NCBI GenBank assembly: GCA_964510585.1
Contig: CAZECW010000134.1
Span: forward strand, 1 to 31,226
DNA from: an uncultured archaeon
Lineage (GTDB): Archaea; Asgardarchaeota; Jordiarchaeia; Jordiarchaeales; Jordiarchaeaceae
DNA length: 31,226 nt
Reading direction: 5' to 3'
The notes beneath the pieces are model-generated. The model worked only from the letters and a program-made list of their open reading frames with translations. It did not search any database and was not told the DNA's origin. Positions 1 through 8,134 of this stretch are shown one piece after another; position 1 is the first letter of the stretch; each line of letters opens with the position of its first letter. Made by a program: the position numbers and the translations under genes.

Positions 1-25
1 GCTCCAACCTAGAAAAGGGGATGGG

Positions 26-47
26 AAGCCCTCCAGACTTGCGGGGA
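26..47 (+). mobile_element. Possible degenerate IS200/IS605-family subterminal (right-end-like) hairpin remnant
   Basis: AAGCCCTCCAGACTTGCGGGGA shares AAGCCC, GACTT and GCGGGGA, in order, with the hairpin at 31106-31130. It lies in non-homologous sequence that replaces the 5' end of the oxidoreductase. It does not itself form a good hairpin. Confidence 0.3.
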
Positions 48-130
48 ACTTGAAAAACCAGAACGCTTTTGAGAAAACCTAAAAGAAGGAGAAGAAAATA
101 CACGTAAACCCCAAAAATTCATCCGAATCT

Positions 131-1543
131 ATAGTCCTGGAGAAGCATTACAGGGCTGGTGGTTATGCGGGCAGTTTTGTTCGTGGCAGATTTGAGTTTG
201 ACATCGCACTCCATCAAATCTCGGGTTTAGACCTGGTGGGTAAACGTGGTTTTCTTTATCGAAGCCTTGAAAGTTTAGGTGTGACAAAGAGGGTGGAATT
301 CATACGTCTTCCCAATGTTTACCGCTCCATCTTCCCAGATTTGGATATTACACTTCCTGCGGGGAGGGAGAACGCTGAGGGAGTTTTGTTGGATACTTTC
401 CCCAAAGAGTCGGAGGGGATAACCCGCTTCCTGGATAGGGTGGAGTCTACCAGTAGGGCTTTGGGTATGCTACAACGGGGGGCTGGCTCAGAGGAGGAAA
501 AAAGGTATGTTAAGGAGAACTTTTTCGCCTATAAGGATAAAACTTTGGCAGAGGTTCTAAATGGTGATGTTAGGGATCCCAGGGCCCGGGCGGTAATAGC
601 CCAAATTTTTGCTTATTTCGGCCTTCCTCCCTCAAGGGTTTCCTACCTCATATATGCTCTAGGTTGGGGTGACTATTTGCGTTATGGGGGAGCCCAAATT
701 AGGGGCACGTCTCAGATGCTTGCCAACGCCTTTGTGGATATTGTTCAGGAGATGGGTGGTGAGGTTCGATTCAACTGCGGAGTGAAAAAGATACTTACTG
801 AGGGGGGAAGAGTAACTGGTGTGTTAACCGAGAAGGGCGAAAAAATAGAAGCCCCCTATGTTATTTCAAATGTGAATCCCATAACCACCTGTGCCCAAAT
901 GATTGGAGTGGATAAATGTCCAAGCTCATTTTTCCAAGCCTTGCAGACCAAAGAAATTGCCATTGGTTCATGCTGCGTCTACATGGGTATAGATGTTCCT
1001 CATGAAGAGCTGGGTATAGATGATTTCGAAATATTCATAAACTCAAGTTGCGATTTTGAATCCTTCTGGGACAGGCTTAAGACCAGCATTGAACCCGCAG
1101 ATTTCGGATTAGCATGCTATAATGTAGCCTATCCAGACGCCTCACCACCGGGCACCTCAATTGTGGTACTTACAACCACAAGCTATGCTGAACCCTGGTA
1201 CAATGTTTCACCCGCAGAGTACGTGGAGACTAAAAATAGGGTTGCAGATACAATGTTGGAAAGAACAGAGAAGATCTTTCCGGGAATGAGGGAGCACATA
1301 GAGGTTATCGAAGTGTCAACCCCCCTAACCAATATGAGGTACACTGGTAATCCCGGTGGTTCCATCTATGGGTGGCCCTATTCTCCTAAAGAGAGCATAA
1401 TGTACCGTTTACCCCAAGAGGGGCCTCTCCGGGGACTCTTTTTTGCGGGAGCCTGGACCCAGATAGGGGGAGGATTCCAGCCCTGTATCATGTCAGGTAT
1501 TATGGCTGCACAGAGGGTAATATCTGAACTCACAAAAAAATGA
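131..1543 (+). pseudogene. Phytoene-desaturase-family FAD-dependent oxidoreductase, 5'-truncated
   Basis: The frame of ORF 236-1543 extends upstream as IVLEKHYRAGGYAGSFVRGRFEFDIALHQISG (family motif). It has an in-frame TAA at 80-82, no start codon and no GxGxxG dinucleotide-binding motif in any forward frame. The C-terminus carries STPLTNMRYTGNPGGSIYG and GLFFAGAW..GGG. Confidence 0.7.
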
Positions 1544-1626
1544 GATACCTATCATTCTCTTTCTGCTATTATGGTTAGCTCACAGCCTTCTTTGGTTGTT
1601 TTGTTTGTTTTTTGTTTTACTATTTT

Positions 1627-1846
1627 TCCCATGAAAAACATTTTTCATAATTTGTCTACGACGCTTTAAGCGTATAATGGTTTCCCATGAAAAACATTTT
1701 TCATATTTCTGTCTAAAACGCTTAAGTGTATGGATGTTCCCATGAAAAACTTATTTCATAATTTGTCTAAAACGCTTAAGTGTATGGATGTTCCCATGAA
1801 AAACTTATTTCATAATTTGTCTAAAACGCTTAAGCGTATAATGGTT
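1627..1846. repeat. Tandem array of four 54-56 bp units, each with two dyads
   Basis: Units start at 1627, 1683, 1738 and 1792. Each contains ATGAAAAA-N2-T(T/A)TTTCAT and an ACGCTTAAGCGT-like dyad (perfect at 1826-1837). Confidence 0.95.
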
Positions 1847-1856
1847 TACCATATTT

Positions 1857-2441
1857 TTACCATATTTTTCCTTTGTATTCGCTTATCATGGGGCATCCTA
1901 GGCATCTTTTTTCTTTGTGGTTCTTGCAGTCGGCGCAGTTTATTTCTAGTCCGCAGAAGGGTCTGTCAACAATTTTTACTTTCATTTGGTAGGACAGGTT
2001 TAGCTCTTTTGCGGCGGATATTATGATGTTGAATTGTATTTCTTTGACTTCTTTTAGTGGTCCTAGGTGGCATTCGACCATTGATTCAAGTGTGGATATG
2101 TCTTCTCCTATTAGGAATAGGAGGACGTTGCTTTTTCCAGAAACCAAGTATCCGTTGAGGAAATATGGGCAATTTTGGAAAATTGATAGTATTTTTGCGC
2201 TGTCGGTGGTGGATACGTCAACTTTGGCTATGTTGAGTCCCAGTTTTAGGGGGTCTACGCCGCAAATTTTGCGGAATACCCCCATTTCCTTCAGTTTTCT
2301 TATCCTCATGGCTACTGAGGGCTGCGACAAGTTAATAATCTCTGCAATCTGTTCCTGGGGGATTTCGGGATCCTCGCTTAGGAGTGTTAGTATCTCCCGG
2401 TCCTTTTCATCCAACTTAAAAATACGCTCTTCCATTTTCAC
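1857..2441 (-). CDS. Lrp/AsnC-family transcriptional regulator with Cys-rich C-terminal extension
   Basis: N-terminal HTH LDEKDREILTLLSEDPEIPQEQIAEIINLSQPSVAMRIRKLKEMG, then a RAM-like domain, then a tail C-x5-CxxC-x7-CxxCP. The start may be ATG at 2435. Confidence 0.9.
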   Translation of the reverse strand: MKMEERIFKLDEKDREILTLLSEDPEIPQEQIAEIINLSQPSVAMRIRKLKEMGVFRKICGVDPLKLGLNIAKVDVSTTDSAKILSIFQNCPYFLNGYLVSGKSNVLLFLIGEDISTLESMVECHLGPLKEVKEIQFNIIISAAKELNLSYQMKVKIVDRPFCGLEINCADCKNHKEKRCLGCPMISEYKGKIW

Positions 2442-3049
2442 CTGATAATTGAGAAGCCCTACCGGATTATAAGAATATTGCGTAAATCCTTTTTCTGCTT
2501 ATAATTTATAGGTTGGAGGGGGGAATCTTGAATAAATTATAATAATCAACTTTATTAAATATTTAACTATTAAATAAAATAGAAAAACAAACACATTAAT
2601 TCAAAGCAAAAAATAAATATGCGAACAATACCCATTTGGGAGAGCACACATGGAGGAGGAAACCAAAACTCCAAACAGGAAAAGGAGAATCCCTTAGAAC
2701 TGGGAGGAGGGAGTCTCCCAACAATTCTCCCCAAAAAAGAAAACCTCCCACCAAAAACCAAGATTCCAAAAAAGAGTGTGGCTGAATGAGCTTCACAGAT
2801 TCACAATAACTTGGCTCGTAGATAGTGGCCACCCACCAAATTATCTACTTCGTTTTTCTGTGAAGCCCCACTAAACACACTTCTAACACAAAGAATAGAA
2901 AATGGGTAAACAAGTTGTCTTGAACTGTGCAGAAGAAGGAAGGCGAATTAAACCTTAAATCCAATCATTACTCAAAGTCTGGAGACTCGTTTGAGGTGTG
3001 ATTTCCTTCTTTTGAAAAAAAGTATTAAGCTGCTAATGGAGGCTAAAAA

Positions 3050-3229
3050 ATGTCAAAAACAGTTAATAATGTGAGAGAAAAAGCTACTTTAATTGTGGAC
3101 TTTGATACCTGGAAGAGTTTGAACCAAATTAAAAATGATCTTAATTTGAATTCCATCGATGAGGTAATTCGATTCCTCATAGGCGAATACAATTCCAGCT
3201 ATGAGAGGTGGAGAAACTACAAAAAGTGA
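3050..3229 (+). CDS. Small ribbon-helix-helix (RHH) DNA-binding protein, 59 aa (missed by the ORF track)
   Basis: GGAGG at 3038-3042, ATG at 3050, TGA at 3227-3229. Translation MSKTVNNVREKATLIVDFDTWKSLNQIKNDLNLNSIDEVIRFLIGEYNSSYERWRNYKK shows the strand-helix-helix RHH pattern. A TATA-like AAAAAGTATTAAG lies upstream. Confidence 0.75.
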   Translation: MSKTVNNVREKATLIVDFDTWKSLNQIKNDLNLNSIDEVIRFLIGEYNSSYERWRNYKK

Positions 3230-3255
3230 AAATTTTGAGGGAAATTTCGTTTCTT

Positions 3256-3618
3256 TTATATATGTTCTTTAATGATGTTTAGTAGACTCTCTATTTTTAT
3301 AGGTTTAAGTACGTAGCCGTCAGCACCCTTATTTAGGGATTCAATGGCGGTCCGCATGGTGGGATAACCAGTAATCATAATTTTCGACATTTGGGGATTA
3401 CTTTTTCTCATTATGGGCAGAAGTTTGGTGCCCTCCATGTCGGGAAGTTGAATGTCTATTAGTGCAAGGTTGTATGAGGTGGCTTCTATTCTTTCCATTG
3501 CTTCTTTACCATTTTTGGCTGTGTCCACAATGTATCCCTTTTCCTCCAGTATGGTTTTTAACACCTTCCTGATTTTCTCATCGTCTTCTACTATAAGAAT
3601 TTTGGAGGGATAATTCAT
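3256..3618 (-). CDS. Single-domain response regulator (receiver domain)
   Basis: ILIVEDD acidic pocket, phospho-acceptor IDIQLPD, ITG, and the LKP lysine. Confidence 0.95.
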   Translation of the reverse strand: MNYPSKILIVEDDEKIRKVLKTILEEKGYIVDTAKNGKEAMERIEATSYNLALIDIQLPDMEGTKLLPIMRKSNPQMSKIMITGYPTMRTAIESLNKGADGYVLKPIKIESLLNIIKEHI

Positions 3619-4092
3619 TTCTCTTCCCGCCCCAAACTAATATTTTGGTTGAGGGATGATGCACCGTGTTATTCTTCCAATCATAGCCCTTCAATTAGGT
3701 TTTAAGGTTAAGAGCCCCGAATTCTGCGAGCGATACTTTTTATGCGCTCCACTCCAGCCTACTCCTCAACATATTGGGCCGTTTAAAGCAAATTTTTGAC
3801 TTACAAAGACCAAATTTTCAATATTGGATTCTCTCAACTCATGTTTTTGTTATACTTTTTGGGTTTTTTCACATATAAAAAACTATTCAGTCTTATAAAA
3901 GACTCATTCTTAACCAAAAATTAAAACACCAATAAAAAAACAATGAACAAGAGAAGAGAAGCGAGGGGAACCAAAAACACTTATGTGATAGGAACAATTA
4001 AAAGAAAGACTTTTGCCCTAAAAAATACCAAATAATTTTTACTCCGGTTCCCAAATAAGAGCTACTTAATGGCTGTCTGGGAGGTTGACTAG

Positions 4093-4872
4093 ATGTATAT
4101 TAGTGAATTATTAACAGTTGATAGGGCATCCCTATTGGAAAAGGCGAAGAAAGTGTTGGCTGTGCAGGCCCATCCTGATGATTTTGAGTTTTTTGCGGGA
4201 GGAACCATTGCTAAACTGGCACAAAGAGGGTGTGAAATAACCTATTTGACTGTAACTGATGGTTCCCGATCCACCACAAACCCAAAAGTAACGCCGGAAA
4301 AATTGGCTGAAACACGCATGGAAGAACAAGAAAAAGCAGCAAAAATTCTGGGCGTTAAACATTTGAAGTGGCTAGGCTACACAGACAGCGAATTCCAACC
4401 CACCCTCGAAGCAAGAGGCAAAATAATCAGAGCAATTCGCCAAACCAGACCAGATGTTTTAATGACTCTTGATCCATGGCTACCCTACGAAGCCCACCCG
4501 GATCATGTGAATACTGGTCTTGCTTCTTGCTGGGCGGCAATGTTTAGCGGCTTCACAAATGTGAATCAGGAACACTTTGGTGAGGGACTTGAACCCCACC
4601 AGGTATCTACAGTGTGCCTTGCAATTAGTGCTAAATATAACGCGTATGTGGATATAACAGAAACCATAGATCTGAAAATCAAGGCTTTAGCGCAGCATAA
4701 AAGCCAGTTTCAGTCTGAAACTGAGGTGGGGTTGGGTCCTTTTGAAATGTGGGAGACAATAATAAAATCGGTAGCAGAAGGTTTTGGAAGGGAAAGGGGA
4801 ATGAGGTATGCCGAAGTTTTTAAGGTGCTTACACCCCTAGAAATGCATTGCAATTTGTCCCTTGCCAGGTGA
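4093..4872 (+). CDS. PIG-L/LmbE-family Zn deacetylase (resembles Thermococcales diacetylchitobiose deacetylase)
   Basis: AHPDD, TDG, DPWLPYEAHPDH, VDIT..IDLKIKALAQHKSQF motifs. Confidence 0.9.
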   Translation: MYISELLTVDRASLLEKAKKVLAVQAHPDDFEFFAGGTIAKLAQRGCEITYLTVTDGSRSTTNPKVTPEKLAETRMEEQEKAAKILGVKHLKWLGYTDSEFQPTLEARGKIIRAIRQTRPDVLMTLDPWLPYEAHPDHVNTGLASCWAAMFSGFTNVNQEHFGEGLEPHQVSTVCLAISAKYNAYVDITETIDLKIKALAQHKSQFQSETEVGLGPFEMWETIIKSVAEGFGRERGMRYAEVFKVLTPLEMHCNLSLAR

Positions 4873-4992
4873 GGATTAGATCATCCAAAACTTCTTTTTA
4901 TTTATTTTTTGTTTTTGAAACTATAGTAGCCTAAAAAAATTTGTTTTAAATGCTTTTAAGCCGAATAATTTTATCTTATAGTGGGTTTTGAC

Positions 4993-5059
4993 CGAAAGAT
5001 TTAAATATAAGTATTTGTAGTATACAACTTGGATTAGTATACAAATAAAATTAGTATAC
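4993..5059 (+). promoter_or_regulatory. hsp20 promoter (BRE/TATA) followed by three TAGTATAC boxes at 17-bp period
   Basis: CGAAAG at 4993-4998, TTTAAATA at 5000-5007, TAGTATAC at 5018, 5035 and 5052, RBS GGAGGTG at 5061-5067. Confidence 0.7.
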
Positions 5060-5073
5060 TGGAGGTGGGTAAC

Positions 5074-5592
5074 ATGGTTGAGGTGAAAGAAAGAAAAGAA
5101 TCAACCGAAATTGAACCAAGAGAAACAAGATCATGGATATACAGACCATTCGAAGACCTATTCGAAGAATTCCACAGAAGCTTCGAAGCCCTCATGAGAC
5201 CATGGTTCGACATAATCCCTTCAAGGAGAATCGAGTTCCCAACACTAACAAGATTCCCAAGACTGGACCTAGAGGACACCGGTGAAGGCTACACAGTTAC
5301 CGCCGACGTTCCAGGGATTCCTAAGGACAACATAAACCTGAACATCACAAAGGACACTCTGGAAATCAGCGGTGAACTAAAAGAGGACAAGGAAGAAAAG
5401 GGAAAGAACTACCTCCACAGAGAGAGAACCTATGAGTCCTTCAGGAGATGCATTGTCTTCCCAGAGGAAGTGGTTCCAGAGAAGGCTGAAGCAGAGATCA
5501 AAAACGGCATCCTGACACTAAAGGTTCCCAAGAAAGAGCCCACACCCAAACAAGAGCCAGTCAGAGTACCCATAAAGGAGAGCAGCGAGTAA
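5074..5592 (+). CDS. hsp20: Small heat-shock protein (Hsp20/alpha-crystallin family)
   Basis: PRLDLED..EGYTVTADVPGIPKDNI, HRERTYESFRRCIVFPEEV, AEIKNGILTLKVPK. ATG 5074 is preferred over GTG 5065 because of RBS spacing. Confidence 0.95.
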   Translation: MVEVKERKESTEIEPRETRSWIYRPFEDLFEEFHRSFEALMRPWFDIIPSRRIEFPTLTRFPRLDLEDTGEGYTVTADVPGIPKDNINLNITKDTLEISGELKEDKEEKGKNYLHRERTYESFRRCIVFPEEVVPEKAEAEIKNGILTLKVPKKEPTPKQEPVRVPIKESSE

Positions 5593-5628
5593 AAAGGGAT
5601 TAGGCACATTCCCTCAAATCCTTTTTTT
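5591..5628 (+). terminator. Putative terminator after hsp20
   Basis: AAAAAGGGATT...AATCCTTTTTTT imperfect stem ending in a T-tract directly after the stop codon. Confidence 0.5.
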
Positions 5629-5763
5629 AATTTTTCCCAAAAGGTCTTTAAGCAGATTCCCGCTAAGATACCTTTAGGTTTTTTGGCAGTAAAATTGGTT
5701 TCCTCTTTCTAAGGTTTAGAAGTTTCCCGCCAGATAATTTGTGGGGTTTACGGTTTAGTGGTG

Positions 5764-6534
5764 CTAGTTATCTTCTTCTTTGGGTTGAGAGCATAAGATT
5801 GGTGGTCGCTTTTCTTTTTGGGAAGTTCCTAAGCGGAGTTGGAGCATTTTCCATATTTCATCACAGACCTCTTTGTTTTCGCAGTTTGTGCAATCGTAGG
5901 AGGGAGTTGATTTCACTGGAGTTGCTATCCTCCAAGCTTCTTGGGTTATTGTTCCGAGTTCTTTTACATCCTCGGTGCTAGAGGTTACAAATATTACCTC
6001 TACAGCTTCTGCTCTTGGAAGATTTTCTTTGAGGCTTAACATTAGTGCTCTTCCCAGCGTTTCTAGTGTGAAACCCTTTTCTACGGCTTCCCTGCTCACC
6101 CTACTCCACACTCTTTGATGCTGGGGAACCGCCCTCAACATGTAGCCTTCCAAATTTAGATTGTATTGGTTTCGGCTGAGGAGCCGATAATTCTTAGGTT
6201 CCAAATCTCTAGTTTGGGCTATGATAATTTGGGCGAATGGCAAGTTGCCTTTTGCCTCAGGAATGTCGGGTCCCACAATTGTTACTTTTCCATCTCTGAC
6301 CAGTTCTGGATTCTCGGTCCATAGGACAAGAGCTGCTGAGGCGGTTTTGGGATTTCCCAGCTCGACAAAGGTGTCTTCTTTAAGAATTATTCCCGGCTGC
6401 TTGCTTATTGGAAGGCCTTTTTTCAAATTTTTAACACTAGTGGGGCACTGTTTTTCACACACTTTTTTCCCCTGTTTTTTCCAGTTTTCTACGCGTTGTC
6501 TTAGCTCCTCTATCATTATATCGAATATTTCCAA
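5764..6534 (-). CDS. Truncated acetyl-CoA synthase (AcsB/CdhC) middle-domain paralog with C-terminal CxxC-x5-C
   Basis: VELGNPKT, DGKVTIVGPDI, LPFAQI, EGYM..VWSRVSREAVEKGFTLETLGRAL and AVEVIFVT match the ACS middle domain. It ends at YDCTNCENKEVCDEI and lacks the rest of the A-cluster domain. RBS GGAGGT; 24 bp after the activator gene. Confidence 0.75.
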   Translation of the reverse strand: MEIFDIMIEELRQRVENWKKQGKKVCEKQCPTSVKNLKKGLPISKQPGIILKEDTFVELGNPKTASAALVLWTENPELVRDGKVTIVGPDIPEAKGNLPFAQIIIAQTRDLEPKNYRLLSRNQYNLNLEGYMLRAVPQHQRVWSRVSREAVEKGFTLETLGRALMLSLKENLPRAEAVEVIFVTSSTEDVKELGTITQEAWRIATPVKSTPSYDCTNCENKEVCDEIWKMLQLRLGTSQKEKRPPILCSQPKEEDN

Positions 6535-6558
6535 TAGTTTACCTCCGGTTGAGATGTT

Positions 6559-7335
6559 CTAACCTGCTTTTTGCTTGGCTATTAATGCTGCTCCCAATGC
6601 TTGCACTATTTGGGGATCAAATTTTACTTTTTTGATTTCTACGCCAATTTTTTCCTCCAGAATTTTCACCATTGCTTGGTTTTTCGCCACCCCTCCTATG
6701 ATTACTACGTCTTCTATAACTCCCAATCTTCCCACTAGGGTGGCTGTTCTGAGGGCTATGGAGTTGTTAATTCCGCTTACAATGTTTGCGATTTCCGATC
6801 CCTCATTGACATAGGTTATAACCTCGCTCTCGGCGAAAACACTACACTGGCTGGTTATGTTTACGGGATGTGACCCTTGGAGTGAAGGAGAATCGAAATC
6901 GTCTGGATTAATTTCTAGGGCTTCAGCCATTATCTCCAGAAATCTTCCAGTTCCACTAGCGCACTTATCATTCATTACGTAGTCAATCACTCTTCCCTCC
7001 TTGTCGATTTGCGCTACCCTTGTGAAGAGTCCCCCCACATCAATCACTGTTCTTGCAGTGGGCAGAAGCCACAGTACCCCTACAGCTCCGCAACGGATAT
7101 CGCTTTCGGTCGCGTTAGCGAAGGGAATTCTTGCCGCACCCCAACCGCAGCCCACACAGTACTTCACATTGTCAATGGTGATTCCCGCATTTGATAGTGC
7201 TTGGTTCATTGCGTTTCTTGCGGATTGCTCTGCTTTAGCCTCTGTGGTCACTATGCTGTAGGCTAAAATCTGATCATTTTTTAATAGTACCGCCTTTGTG
7301 GTCAATGTTCCAACGTCACAGCCAGCAAAAATCAT
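6559..7335 (-). CDS. ASKHA-fold [4Fe-4S] activator subunit, divergent (BcrD/BzdP-like)
   Basis: GCDVGT, NDKCASGTGRF and SQCSVF are retained, but GCGWGA replaces STGYGR and DVGGLFTR replaces DxGGQDxK. The likely start is ATG 7335 (GGAGG upstream), not 7458. Confidence 0.9.
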   Translation of the reverse strand: MIFAGCDVGTLTTKAVLLKNDQILAYSIVTTEAKAEQSARNAMNQALSNAGITIDNVKYCVGCGWGAARIPFANATESDIRCGAVGVLWLLPTARTVIDVGGLFTRVAQIDKEGRVIDYVMNDKCASGTGRFLEIMAEALEINPDDFDSPSLQGSHPVNITSQCSVFAESEVITYVNEGSEIANIVSGINNSIALRTATLVGRLGVIEDVVIIGGVAKNQAMVKILEEKIGVEIKKVKFDPQIVQALGAALIAKQKAG

Positions 7336-7339
7336 TATT

Positions 7340-8134
7340 TTACTTCCTCCTCTGCTGTTTAAGGTAATTCTCTTTGGCGAAAAGCGCGGCTCCCAGAGCT
7401 CCCATAATCTGAGGATCTTGGGGAAATTCCACGGCTTTGAATCCGATAAGTTCCTCAAGGTTTTTTACTACTGCCACGTTTTTTGCAACTCCCCCAGTTA
7501 TTCCCAGATCTTTTTTGATTTCTATTCGATTTATTAGAGCGTAGACCCTTCGAGCCATAGCTTGATTTATTCCCGCTGCGATGTCCTCAATCTTTTTACC
7601 CTCATTGATTAGAACCATGGTCTCAAACTCGGTGAATACGCTACACTGACTTGTGATACTCACTGGATTCTCTGACTTCAAGGAAACTGGTCCTAGTTCC
7701 TCAATTGTTAAGCCAAGTGTCTTAGCCATCATTTCCAGGAATCTCCCGGTTCCCGCCGCACACTTTTCATTCATAACAAAGTTTTTTACTCGTCCCTGAT
7801 CATCCAAACAAATCACCTTACAATCCTGTCCTCCAACGTCCACCACGGTTCTTATACTTGGTACCAGCCAATGTGCCCCCTTACCGTGACATGAAATTTC
7901 ACTAACATTTTTCTGGGCGAAAGGAATTCTACCCCGCCCATAGCCGGTACTAACACAATATTCTATATCATCTATTCTGAGACCGGCCTTCTCAAGTGTT
8001 TTGTTCATCACATCGCTGGCCGACTGCTCCGGCCGGGGGCGTACCCGAATAATTTCATAAGCCAATATTCTATTATCTTCCATGATTACTGCTTCTGCCG
8101 TAAGTGAGCCCACATCACAACCAGCCACAATCAA
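7340..8134 (-). CDS. ATP-dependent [4Fe-4S] activator subunit, canonical (HgdC/BzdQ-like)
   Basis: GCDVGS, STGYGR, EISCHGKG, DVGGQDCK, NEKCAAGTGRF, SQCSVF, TGGVAKN, GALGAAL. Confidence 0.95.
   Translation of the reverse strand: MIVAGCDVGSLTAEAVIMEDNRILAYEIIRVRPRPEQSASDVMNKTLEKAGLRIDDIEYCVSTGYGRGRIPFAQKNVSEISCHGKGAHWLVPSIRTVVDVGGQDCKVICLDDQGRVKNFVMNEKCAAGTGRFLEMMAKTLGLTIEELGPVSLKSENPVSITSQCSVFTEFETMVLINEGKKIEDIAAGINQAMARRVYALINRIEIKKDLGITGGVAKNVAVVKNLEELIGFKAVEFPQDPQIMGALGAALFAKENYLKQQRRK

Noticed and set aside
1627-1846. CRISPR array
   Set aside because: Whole units are repeated with no unique spacers, and there are no cas genes in the window.
1730-2026. ORF with MDVPMKNLFHNLSKTLK repeat
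   Set aside because: A by-product of the 54-bp (18-codon) period; it runs antisense into the Lrp gene and has no RBS.
2570-2832. Two short minus-strand ORFs in the Lrp-RHH intergenic region
   Set aside because: Low-complexity G/T-skewed sequence, no recognisable motif, no convincing RBS.
7336-7458. 41-aa N-terminal extension of the second activator
   Set aside because: It overlaps the upstream gene; homology and a GGAGG RBS point to ATG 7335.
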